Positions 1-7,335 of a DNA stretch of 14,298 nucleotides are shown one piece after another. The position numbers were made by a program, and so were the translations under genes. How positions within the stretch are numbered: the first letter of the stretch is position 1; the number at the start of each line of letters is the position of its first letter. The stretch lies in contig JBGQHJ010000126.1 of NCBI GenBank assembly GCA_041497895.1, forward strand, positions 1 to 14,298, given 5' to 3'. Source of the DNA: Candidatus Methylomirabilia bacterium (GTDB taxonomy: Bacteria; Methylomirabilota; Methylomirabilia; Rokubacteriales; CSP1-6). Under the pieces are notes generated by a model, which was given only the letters and a program-made list of their open reading frames with translations, made no database searches and was not told the origin of the DNA.

Positions 1-626
1 AGGCAGAAGTCCCACGTCTCGATCGAGCCGCCGCCCGGGATGTAGATGGGCGGGTGCGGCTTCTGGATCGGCTTGGGCCAGCAGTTCACCCAGCGGAGCT
101 GGTTGTACTTGCCGTCGAACGCGAACGGCTCGTCCTCCGCCCACGCCTTCATGATCAGGTCGTGGGCCTCGCCGTACTTGTCGCGGGTCAGGGCCGGGAT
201 CTGCCCGTAGCAGAAGTTGGTGTCCATCGGGGTGCCCACCGGGAAGCCGGCCACCAGCCGCCCGCCCGAGATGACGTCGAGCATCGCGAACTCCTCGGCG
301 ACCCGGATCGGCGGGTTGTAGCCTGCGATCGAGTTGCCGATCACGCAGATGGCCGCGCGCGAGGTGCGGCGGGCCAGCCCGGCCGCGATCAGGTTCGGGG
401 AGGGCATGAGCCCGTAGCCGTTCTGGTGATGCTCGTTGCAGCCGATGCCGTCGAAGCCGAGGGTCTCGGCGTACTCGAGCTGGTCCATGTACTGGTGGTA
501 GACGAAGTGCCCCTTCTTCGGGTCGTAGAGCGTGTTGGGGATGTCGACCCACACCGAGCGGTGCTTCTCGCGGAAGTCGTCGGGCAGGTAGGGCCACGGC
601 ATCAGGTTGAACCAGGTGAATCGCAT
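1..626 (-). CDS. LLM-class (luciferase-like) flavin-dependent oxidoreductase, 5' part; runs off the left edge of the window
   Basis: Not in the ORF track because there is no stop in the window. Translated by hand from the ATG at 626: MRFTWFNLMPWPYLPDDFREKHRSVWVDIPNTLYDPKKGHFVYHQYMDQLEYAETLGFDGIGCNEHHQNGYGLMPSPNLIAAGLARRT...PIRVAEEFAMLDVISGGRLVAG...WPKPIQKPHPPIYIPGGGSIETWDFC. The GFDxxxxNEHH, AEEFAMLDxISGGRL and PKPxQxPHPPI motifs are typical of the luciferase-like family. SD AGGAGG at 637-632. Confidence 0.93.
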   Translation of the reverse strand, partial: MRFTWFNLMPWPYLPDDFREKHRSVWVDIPNTLYDPKKGHFVYHQYMDQLEYAETLGFDGIGCNEHHQNGYGLMPSPNLIAAGLARRTSRAAICVIGNSIAGYNPPIRVAEEFAMLDVISGGRLVAGFPVGTPMDTNFCYGQIPALTRDKYGEAHDLIMKAWAEDEPFAFDGKYNQLRWVNCWPKPIQKPHPPIYIPGGGSIETWDFC

Positions 627-662
627 GGACGCCTCCTTCGGCAGGGTCGCCGGCGCTCCCGG

Positions 663-674
663 AGTGTATAACAT
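663..674. promoter_or_regulatory. Putative bidirectional promoter: back-to-back -10 hexamers TACACT (minus, 668-663) and TAACAT (plus, 669-674)
   Basis: The only AT-rich patch (AGTGTATAACATAAA) in the 56-bp gap between two divergent genes. Both hexamers fit TAnnnT. Confidence 0.5.
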
Positions 675-682
675 AAAGGCCC

Positions 683-1642
683 ATGCCCGACGCCCCGCCC
701 GACACCCGACTGGGTCGCCGGCTCGTCCTCGACGAGCTGTTCGATCTCTCCCTCTACCGGGCGCTCCACCGGGTGGCCCCCGCCGAGCAGCGCGCGATCC
801 TCGAGCGGCTGATCCCGATCGAGACGCGCCACCACGCCTTCTGGCAGGAGTTCTTCAAGCTCGACCTCCCACGGCTCGACTGGGGGCGCCGCCTGAAGCT
901 CTGGCTGATGGTGGCCATCGCGCGGGTCTTCGGTGCGCCGGCCATCCACCTCATCCTGGAGGCGATCGAGGTCTTCGGGGTGCGCAAGTACCTGGCCGTG
1001 TGGCGGCAGTACGAGCACGGGCCGCTCGGCGCCGCGGTCCGCGAGGTCCTCGAGGACGAGTTCAAGCACGAGGACGCGGTGGTCATGGCCGAGAGCGAGC
1101 GGCAGATCAATCCCCAGCGGGTCCGCGACATCTTCCTGGGCCTCAACGACGGGCTGGTCGAGATCCTCGGCGCGGTCAGCGGCTTCTTCGGCGCGTTCGC
1201 GGACGCGACCACCGTGCTGGTGGCCGGCCTGATGGTGGGCGTGGCCGGCGCGCTCTCCATGGGGGCCGGCGCCTACCTGGCCGGCAGCTCGGAGGCCGAG
1301 GTCCGCAGCACCGAGGCCCGCCGACGCCACTTCCTCGGCGAGGCCGAGCCGGCCGCCGAATCGTCCGACACCCCGCTCGGCTCGGGCGTCCGGGTCGGGG
1401 TGAGCTACGTGGTCGGCGCGGTGGTGCCGGTGCTGCCGGTGGCCTTCGGCGCCGGAACGGTGCTTCCATCACTGGTGGTGGCCGGGGGCGTGATCGTTCT
1501 CGTGTCCACCATCCTCGCGTTTCTCTCGGGCATGGACGTGAAGCGGCGCATCCTCCTCAACCTGGGGATCATCGCCGCCGCGGTCGCGATCAGCTACGTC
1601 ATCGGGCTGCTCGCCAAGGCGGTCTGGGGCATCAGCGTCTGA
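683..1642 (+). CDS. VIT1/CCC1 family iron/manganese transporter with an N-terminal ferritin-like (rubrerythrin-like) domain
   Basis: N-terminal helical domain with di-iron-type motifs (DE...ETRH; E...DEFKH). The C-terminal membrane domain has VIT1 signatures RDIFLGLNDGLV and AGALSMGAGAYL and hydrophobic helices. 319 aa. Confidence 0.88.
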   Translation: MPDAPPDTRLGRRLVLDELFDLSLYRALHRVAPAEQRAILERLIPIETRHHAFWQEFFKLDLPRLDWGRRLKLWLMVAIARVFGAPAIHLILEAIEVFGVRKYLAVWRQYEHGPLGAAVREVLEDEFKHEDAVVMAESERQINPQRVRDIFLGLNDGLVEILGAVSGFFGAFADATTVLVAGLMVGVAGALSMGAGAYLAGSSEAEVRSTEARRRHFLGEAEPAAESSDTPLGSGVRVGVSYVVGAVVPVLPVAFGAGTVLPSLVVAGGVIVLVSTILAFLSGMDVKRRILLNLGIIAAAVAISYVIGLLAKAVWGISV

Positions 1643-1671
1643 GCCGCGATGACCGGAGGGAAGGTAGAGCG

Positions 1672-1695
1672 ACCCGGTGTCGACCCTCGCCGGGT
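1672..1695. terminator. Possible hairpin between convergent genes
   Basis: ACCCGGTG...CGCCGGGT stem (one wobble pair) in the 58-bp gap between the VIT1 and MFS stop codons. No U-tract. Confidence 0.25.
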
Positions 1696-1700
1696 GAGGC

Positions 1701-2975
1701 TCAGGCGGTGACGGCGCGGCCCCGCTGCCACATGCTGGCCCGCCACTTGAGCCCGATGAGCAGCGTGAAGAGCAGGCCGACCGCGGCGGACACGCTGATG
1801 GTGAGCGGGTAGCCGATGCGGTCGATGAGAGCGCCGGAGGCCATCAGCCCCAGCGGCAGCCCGTAGACCGCGAGGGTCCGCACGCCCATCACACGGCTGC
1901 GGAAGCGATCGCCCGCGGCGGTGATCAGGGTCGCGGTCATCGAGATCATCGCCACGTTCTGCGCGAAGCCGGCCGCGAGCAGCAGCAGCAGCGCCGGTCC
2001 CACGCTCCGCAGGTGGCCGAAGCCCAGCAGCAGCGCGTACCACACCGCGGTGTAGACGAGGGTGGCGCGCTCCGGCCGGCGCCACCCGCCGGTGGTCACC
2101 ATGGTGACCGAGGCGAGCAGCCCGCCCAGCGAGAAGCTGGCGACGAGCCAGCCGAGCCCGGTGGCGTCCACGTGGTAGACGCTCCGGGCGACGTACGGCA
2201 GGAGGCCACCCGAGGCGGGGTAGGCGGTCAGGTTGATCAGGAACGCGAGCCACATCGGGGCCAGCAGCCGGGGCGTGGTCAGCACGTGAGTGAGCCCGTC
2301 CTTGAGCTCGCCCCAGCGCGAGCGCGAGGCCGTCGTCGCGCGAGCCCGGGCGGGCCGGCCGGCGCCGCCGCCGCGGGCGGCCGCGCTCGGGTCCGCCACC
2401 GGCAGCCGCCGGGCCACGCCGAGAGTGAGGGCGAGGCCGGCGAGGTAGAAGAAGGTGACGAACAGGTAGGTCGCGGGAAGCCCGAGGAGGGTGGAGAGCC
2501 CGGCGCCCGCGAGCGCGCCGCCGACCCTCGCCGAGTCCATGGTGGCACGCGACATGCCGATCGCGCCCATGAGCTCGCCGGGCGGGATGGTCTCGCCGAT
2601 GAGCGAGTTCCGCATCACCAGGTCGTTGGGACGGAAGATCCCGTTGAGCCCCGCCACCAGGAACACCCACCCCGGCCCCAGCACGTCGGTGAAGGCCAGC
2701 AGCATCAGCAGCGCGGCGAGGGTCGCGTAGATCGCGCGCATCGTGCACAGCATGAAGCGGGCGCCCACCCGGTCGCCCAGCACCCCGAACATGGGCGCGG
2801 CGAGGGTGCCCAGGAACTGCAGCGAGCCGAAGGCGGTGAGCAGCACCACCGAGCCGGTGTGGACCATCACGTACCAGCCCAGGATGATGGTCTCCATCTC
2901 GAAGGACCACGACGTCAAGAGGTCGGCAGGCCACTGGTATCGGAAGCTCTTGACGCGGAACGCGGCGAGGATCAG
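1701..2975 (-). CDS. MFS transporter (MFS_3/DHA3-like); start codon uncertain
   Basis: About 12 hydrophobic segments and motif A (GVLGDRVGAR). RVMG near the C-terminus and an N-terminal FRVKSFRYQW segment are typical of this subfamily. The ORF-track extension to 3224 overlaps the amidohydrolase and is not credible. Start placed at CTG 2975, overlapping the upstream stop; the first in-frame ATG is 2897. Confidence 0.88.
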   Translation of the reverse strand: MILAAFRVKSFRYQWPADLLTSWSFEMETIILGWYVMVHTGSVVLLTAFGSLQFLGTLAAPMFGVLGDRVGARFMLCTMRAIYATLAALLMLLAFTDVLGPGWVFLVAGLNGIFRPNDLVMRNSLIGETIPPGELMGAIGMSRATMDSARVGGALAGAGLSTLLGLPATYLFVTFFYLAGLALTLGVARRLPVADPSAAARGGGAGRPARARATTASRSRWGELKDGLTHVLTTPRLLAPMWLAFLINLTAYPASGGLLPYVARSVYHVDATGLGWLVASFSLGGLLASVTMVTTGGWRRPERATLVYTAVWYALLLGFGHLRSVGPALLLLLAAGFAQNVAMISMTATLITAAGDRFRSRVMGVRTLAVYGLPLGLMASGALIDRIGYPLTISVSAAVGLLFTLLIGLKWRASMWQRGRAVTA

Positions 2976-4042
2976 ATCCGGAGCAGCTTCGCCGCGGTGT
3001 CGCCCAGCATCGCCGCGCGCTCGGCGTCGCTGAAGCCGGGCGTGTCGAGGATGTGGTTCACCGACGTGCTCGTCCAGGGATAGGGATAGTCGGTGCCCAT
3101 GACGATCTGGCCGCTGCCGGTCTCGGCGGCGAGGTGCCGCAGGGCCTCCGGCGTGAAGACGATCGTGTCGTAGTACATCTGCCGGAGGTACTCGGACGGC
3201 TTCTTCTTGAGCGCCACCCCGCACCGGGCCGGGACGGTCACGCAGCCGGCATCGGAGCGGCCCGCGTAGGAGGGGAGGAACCCGCCGCCGTGGGCGGCGC
3301 AGATCTTGATCGCCGGGAAGCGGTCGAGGGTGCCCTCGAAGATGAGGTGCGACAGCGCGAGGGTCGTCTCGAGCGGGTTGCCGATCACGTTGTCGAGACC
3401 GCCGTTGCCCTTGAATCGGGTGGTCGCGTTCAGCTCCGCGGTGCCCTGCGGGTGGATGAACACCAGCACCCCGAGCTGCTCGGCCTTGGCCCAGAATGGA
3501 TGGAACTTCGGATCGGAGAGCTCCTGGCCGTTGACGCTACCCCCGATGGCGGCCCCGCGCAGGTTGTACTTCTTCACGCCTTCCTCGAGCTGGGCCGCCG
3601 CGAGATCGGGATGCTGGAGCGCGACGGTGGCGAAGGCCACGAAGCGATCCGGGGTGGCCGCGCAGACCTCGGCGAGCTTCTCGTTCTGGATCTGGCAGAT
3701 CCGGGTCGCGACGTCTCGCTCCGCCCGGTACCAGTAGGGATTGATGCTGAGCGCCTCCACGTCGATGCCCTGGGCATCCATCGCGGCGAGCCGCGCCTGC
3801 GGCGTGCTCATGAGCAGCTGCGGGAGGAGGCCGGGCGGGCTCGTGGGCGGGCTCATCAGGGCCATCGCCTCGGGTACCGCGCAGTGCGCGTGCACGTCGA
3901 CGGTCTTGACGCGCCGGCCCGCCACCGTGACCTGCCGGCGAAGCGTCTCAGCCACCGCGGGACGCGCGCTCAGCAGCCCGCAGCCGACGAAGGCGAGGCC
4001 GGCGACGGCGCTCTCGGCGAGGAACGCTCTGCGCGTGGTCAT
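2972..4042 (-). CDS. Amidohydrolase_2 family metalloenzyme (ACMSD/decarboxylase-like) with a twin-arginine signal peptide
   Basis: Metal motifs DVHAH, FIHP, AAHGGG and MGTDYPY. N-terminus MTTRRAFLAESAVAGLAFVGCGLLSARPAVA has RRxFL, an h-region and AxA. ATG at 4042 is preceded by GGAG. 356 aa. Confidence 0.9.
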   Translation of the reverse strand: MTTRRAFLAESAVAGLAFVGCGLLSARPAVAETLRRQVTVAGRRVKTVDVHAHCAVPEAMALMSPPTSPPGLLPQLLMSTPQARLAAMDAQGIDVEALSINPYWYRAERDVATRICQIQNEKLAEVCAATPDRFVAFATVALQHPDLAAAQLEEGVKKYNLRGAAIGGSVNGQELSDPKFHPFWAKAEQLGVLVFIHPQGTAELNATTRFKGNGGLDNVIGNPLETTLALSHLIFEGTLDRFPAIKICAAHGGGFLPSYAGRSDAGCVTVPARCGVALKKKPSEYLRQMYYDTIVFTPEALRHLAAETGSGQIVMGTDYPYPWTSTSVNHILDTPGFSDAERAAMLGDTAAKLLRI

Positions 4043-4099
4043 GGGTCTCTCCGTGGTCACGACGCTGTGCACGACACGGCCCACCGGACGACGCGCGCG

Positions 4100-4108
4100 A
4101 GACTATCA
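4100..4108 (-). promoter_or_regulatory. Possible internal extended -10 (TGA-TAGTCT) for the amidohydrolase-MFS pair
   Basis: A TGnTAnnnT match that uses the TGA stop of the upstream LLM gene. It lies 57 nt upstream of the amidohydrolase ATG. Confidence 0.3.
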
Positions 4109-5125
4109 CACGGTGATGCGGCCCGCGACCTCCTTCGCCCAGCGGCGCATGAAGGCGCGCGGGTCCGGCACGAAGCCGGTGATCAGGAACTGGCGCGCCC
4201 CCGCCGCCATCGCGCGCTCCACCTGCGCCACGCAGTCGGCGGGGGTACCCGCGACGGCGAAGCGGTCGACCAGGAAGTCGGTGAGGCCGAAGCGGTCGGG
4301 CAGGCTCGCGTTGGCCGCGCCCGGGAGCTCGTGGTGGTGGGAGTCGTACGCGCGCTGCAGCGCCCGGATCTTCTCGTGGAGATCGGGCGGCACCCCCTTG
4401 CCCTCGAGGGTGAAGCGAAAGGCGTGATTGGCGCTCGCGGCCAGCGCCATCTTGATGGGCGCGATCGCCTCCTCGCGACGGTCGGCCAGGCTGGTCTTGG
4501 CGAACCACCACACGTCGACGTCGTCGAGGGAGCGGCCGGCGGCGCGGGCGCCGCGCTCGATGGCGGCGAGCGAGAGGCGCACCACCTCGGGGGTGAGCCC
4601 GAGCCCGACGATGACCCCGTCGGCCACCCGGCCGGCCAGCTCGAGCGTGCGCGGCCCCTCCGCGGCCAGGTAGATCGGCACCCGACGGGTCGCGCGGTGC
4701 ACGCGCCAGGGGCGGCCCGCGCGCTCGACCGTCTCCCCGGCGGTGAGCCGGCCGAGGGTCGTGACCGAGTCCTCGAGCCCGGCGAGGGTGGCGGGCGGCG
4801 CGCCCACCGTGTAGATCGCGCTGTCGCCCGAGCCCAGGCCCAGCACCGCGCGCCCGCCGGAGAGCTCGTCGACGCTGGCGATCGCACTCGCGGTGACGAC
4901 GAGGTGCCGGGTCAGCGGGTTGGTGACGAGCGGGCCCAGCCGCACCCGCCGCGTGTGGAGCGCGGCTACCGTCAGCGAGACGTAGAGCTCGCGGAACACC
5001 GACTGCGAGTCGGCCACGCCCAGCCACTCGAAGCCCACGTCCTCCGCGAGGCGGCAGAGGTCGCCCCAGCCGGTGAGCGATTCCGGGAGGAACACGATGC
5101 CGAACCGGGCCGCCGGGCGCGCCAT
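4106..5125 (-). CDS. LLM-class flavin/F420-dependent oxidoreductase (Mer-like)
   Basis: From ATG 5125: MARPAARFGIVFLP...AEDVGFEWLGVADSQ...TRRVRLGPLVTNPLTRH...DELSGGRAVLGLGSGDS...PIYLAAEGPRTLELAGRVADGVI...AVAGTPADC. These motifs match the methylene-H4MPT reductase-like subgroup. The ORF-track start at 5494 is antisense to SRPBCC and was rejected. 339 aa. Confidence 0.92.
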   Translation of the reverse strand: MARPAARFGIVFLPESLTGWGDLCRLAEDVGFEWLGVADSQSVFRELYVSLTVAALHTRRVRLGPLVTNPLTRHLVVTASAIASVDELSGGRAVLGLGSGDSAIYTVGAPPATLAGLEDSVTTLGRLTAGETVERAGRPWRVHRATRRVPIYLAAEGPRTLELAGRVADGVIVGLGLTPEVVRLSLAAIERGARAAGRSLDDVDVWWFAKTSLADRREEAIAPIKMALAASANHAFRFTLEGKGVPPDLHEKIRALQRAYDSHHHELPGAANASLPDRFGLTDFLVDRFAVAGTPADCVAQVERAMAAGARQFLITGFVPDPRAFMRRWAKEVAGRITV

Positions 5126-5135
5126 GACCGGCCAC

Positions 5136-5144
5136 ACCCTAGCA
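5136..5144 (-). promoter_or_regulatory. Extended -10 (TGC-TAGGGT) upstream of the Mer-like LLM gene
   Basis: TGnTAnnnT ending 10 nt before ATG 5125, with no SD sequence in between. Confidence 0.5.
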
Positions 5145-5156
5145 CCAGGCGACGCC

Positions 5157-5185
5157 TTGACGTCTCCGGATTTGGGGGGCAGACT
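5157..5185 (+). promoter_or_regulatory. Sigma70-type promoter TTGACG-17nt-CAGACT, probably giving a leaderless SRPBCC transcript
   Basis: -35 at 5157-5162, exact 17-nt spacer, -10 at 5180-5185, then 6 nt to the GTG start at 5192. No SD. Confidence 0.6.
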
Positions 5186-5191
5186 TCCCGC

Positions 5192-5605
5192 GTGCCGAAG
5201 ACGATCCAGCAGGCGGTGAGGTTCCGCGCCTCCCCCGAGCGGCTGTTCGCCATCTACCTGAGCAGCCGGCTCCACTCCGCGGCCACCGGGGCCCGGGCGG
5301 TGATGAGCCGCAAGGTCGGGGGCGCCTTCACCGCGCACTCCGGGCACCTGCGCGGGCGGAACCTCGCGATCGTGCCGGGGCGGCTCATCGTGCAGTCGTG
5401 GCGCGGCTCGAACTGGAAGAAGCGCGACCTGGACTCGACCCTGGTGCTGGCGTTCAGCCGGGTCCCGGGCGGTGGCCGGATCGCGATGACCCACGTGAAC
5501 GTGCCCGACGCGAACGCGGCCAGCATCACCCGGGGCTGGAGCGACTACTACTGGAAGCCGTTCCGGAAGTTCCTCAAGCGGTCTCCCAAAGGAGGGCGGT
5601 CATGA
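5192..5605 (+). CDS. SRPBCC domain protein (AHA1/AHSA1 C-terminal-like)
   Basis: Last 137 codons of the 3053..5605 ORF: MPKTIQQAVRFRASPERLFAIYL...KVGGAFTAHSG...GRNLAIVPGRLIVQSWRGSNW...THVNVP...RGWSDYYWKP. The stop overlaps the next ATG (ATGA). Confidence 0.88.
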   Translation: MPKTIQQAVRFRASPERLFAIYLSSRLHSAATGARAVMSRKVGGAFTAHSGHLRGRNLAIVPGRLIVQSWRGSNWKKRDLDSTLVLAFSRVPGGGRIAMTHVNVPDANAASITRGWSDYYWKPFRKFLKRSPKGGRS

Positions 5606-6219
5606 TCTACGAGTTCCGCACCTACACGCTCAAGCCCCGTAGCCTCGGCGAGGTGGAGAAGCGCTACGCGGAGGCCTACGAGTACCGGAAGAAGTACTCG
5701 CCCCTCGCCGCCTTCTGGCACACCGAGGTGGGCCCGCTCAACGAGATCATCCACGTGTGGGGCTACAAGGACCTCGCCGAGCGCGCCCGCATCCGGGCCG
5801 AGGCGGCCAAGGAAGCGAACTGGCCGCCCAAGATCCGCGACTTCGTGGTGGACCAGGACGTGGAGATCGTGAACCCGTTCCCGTTCATTCCCGACATCAC
5901 CCCCGGCACCATGGGCCCCATCTTCGAGATCCGGCGCTACAGCCTCACCCCCGGCTCGCTGCCGGGAGTCATGAAGCGCTGGGAGGGCGCGATCGGCGCG
6001 CGGACCAAGCTCTCCCCGGTGGTCCTGGCCGGCGGGGTCGAGTTCGGCGGGGCGAACCGCTTCATCCACATCTGGGGCTACAAGAGCATGGACCAGCGCC
6101 TCCAGGTGCGGGAGCAGGCGCGCAAGGCGGGCATCTGGCCGCCGCCGGGCGGCGGCGACGAGCTGCTGGCCCAGTCGAGCAAGATCGTCATGCCCTCGGC
6201 GTTCTCGCCGCTCCAGTAG
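5602..6219 (+). CDS. NIPSNAP family protein with two tandem domains
   Basis: ATG 5602 with SD AGGAGG. Two repeats of [YF]E-x-R-x-Y-x-L-x-P...IH[VI]WGYK...R...R...WPP, and a C-terminal FSPLQ. 205 aa. Confidence 0.92.
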   Translation: MIYEFRTYTLKPRSLGEVEKRYAEAYEYRKKYSPLAAFWHTEVGPLNEIIHVWGYKDLAERARIRAEAAKEANWPPKIRDFVVDQDVEIVNPFPFIPDITPGTMGPIFEIRRYSLTPGSLPGVMKRWEGAIGARTKLSPVVLAGGVEFGGANRFIHIWGYKSMDQRLQVREQARKAGIWPPPGGGDELLAQSSKIVMPSAFSPLQ

Positions 6220-6229
6220 GGGGAGAGAG

Positions 6230-6772
6230 ATGCCGCCGACCAAGCTCGCGCACCTGGTCTTCCAGACCAATCGCCTGCCCGAGATGCGGGACTGGTACTG
6301 CACGGTGCTGGGCGGGCACGTGATCTACGAGAACCCGCATCTGTCCTTCGTGACCTACGACGACGAGCACCACCGGGTGGCCTTCGTGGACTTCGGCCCG
6401 CTCGCTCCCCGCGACCTGGCGGGCGGCGACCTCCGCTACCGGACCACCGACCAGCCCGGCCTGCACCACGTGGCGTTCACCTTCGGCTCCATGGGCGAGC
6501 TGCTCGACAACTACGAGCGGCTCGCCGCGCGGGGCATCCGTCCGTTCCGCTCCATCAACCACGGGCCGACCACGTCCATGTACTATGTCGATCCCGACGG
6601 CAACCGGGTGGAGCTCCAGATCGACAACTTCGCCACCGCGGAGGAAGGGCAGGCCTGGATGCACTCGCCCGCCTTCGACAGGAACCCGATCGGCGTCGAG
6701 TACGAACCCGACGATCTGGTCCGCCGCTTCCGGGCGGGCGTTCCGGTCGCCGAGCTGGTGGTGCGCGACTAG
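6230..6772 (+). CDS. VOC family protein (glyoxalase/extradiol dioxygenase-like)
   Basis: LAHLVFQT, FVTYDDEHHRVA, GLHHVAFT and NHGPTTSMYYVDPDGNRVELQ motifs. Purine-rich SD GGGGAG upstream. 180 aa. Confidence 0.9.
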   Translation: MPPTKLAHLVFQTNRLPEMRDWYCTVLGGHVIYENPHLSFVTYDDEHHRVAFVDFGPLAPRDLAGGDLRYRTTDQPGLHHVAFTFGSMGELLDNYERLAARGIRPFRSINHGPTTSMYYVDPDGNRVELQIDNFATAEEGQAWMHSPAFDRNPIGVEYEPDDLVRRFRAGVPVAELVVRD

Positions 6773-6810
6773 GACGGGGTCAGGTCTTACATTCCGACAT
6801 TTTCACCGCG

Positions 6811-7335
6811 ATGACCCCCGAGCCCCTGAAGCCGCAGGCCGTCGCCGCGCTGCTGCACTCCGCGGGCGCGGTGATCCACGCGGAGCTGTCCGCGCTGCCC
6901 GCCCCGGTGCTGGGATTCCACCCGGCCGAGGGCGAGTGGTGCGCGAAGGAGGTGCTCGGTCACCTGATCGAGTGCGAGCGGCGCGGCTTCTCGGGGCGGA
7001 TCCACATCATCCTGAAGAGTGACCACAGCCCGCAGCTCGAGGGCTGGGACCAGGACGCGGTCGCGCGCGCCCGCATGGACTGCGAGCGCGAGTGGGCGGC
7101 ACTCTATCACGAGTTCTCGCAGCTGCGGAGCGCCAGCGTCGCGCAGGTCGCCGGCCTTTCCCCGGACGACCTCGGGCGCCGCGGGGAGCATCCCAAGGTC
7201 GGCGTCCTCACCGTGGCCGACGTGCTCCACGAGTGGGTGCATCACGACCGCAACCACATTCGCCAGATGCTGGCCAACGTGCAGGCCTTCGCCTGGCCGC
7301 ACATGGGCAACGCGCAGCGCTTCTCGGCGCCCTAG
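6811..7335 (+). CDS. DinB family protein (DinB_2; putative metal-dependent thiol S-transferase/hydrolase fold)
   Basis: EW-x-x-KEVLGHL and HDRNH give the three-His metal site. WDQD and GEHPKVGVLTV segments are typical. 174 aa. Confidence 0.9.
   Translation: MTPEPLKPQAVAALLHSAGAVIHAELSALPAPVLGFHPAEGEWCAKEVLGHLIECERRGFSGRIHIILKSDHSPQLEGWDQDAVARARMDCEREWAALYHEFSQLRSASVAQVAGLSPDDLGRRGEHPKVGVLTVADVLHEWVHHDRNHIRQMLANVQAFAWPHMGNAQRFSAP

Noticed and set aside
54..671. 205-aa plus-strand ORF
   Set aside because: Antisense shadow of the real minus-strand LLM oxidoreductase starting at 626.
2315..2415. Extremely GC-rich, repeat-like stretch in the MFS gene
   Set aside because: It encodes the Ala/Arg/Gly-rich central cytoplasmic loop in frame. 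There is no regular repeat unit.
3053..5191. N-terminal 713 codons of the 850-aa plus-strand ORF, which could suggest a large SRPBCC fusion protein
   Set aside because: They are the antisense shadow of the amidohydrolase and LLM genes, kept open by high GC. Only 5192-5605 has recognisable motifs and its own promoter.
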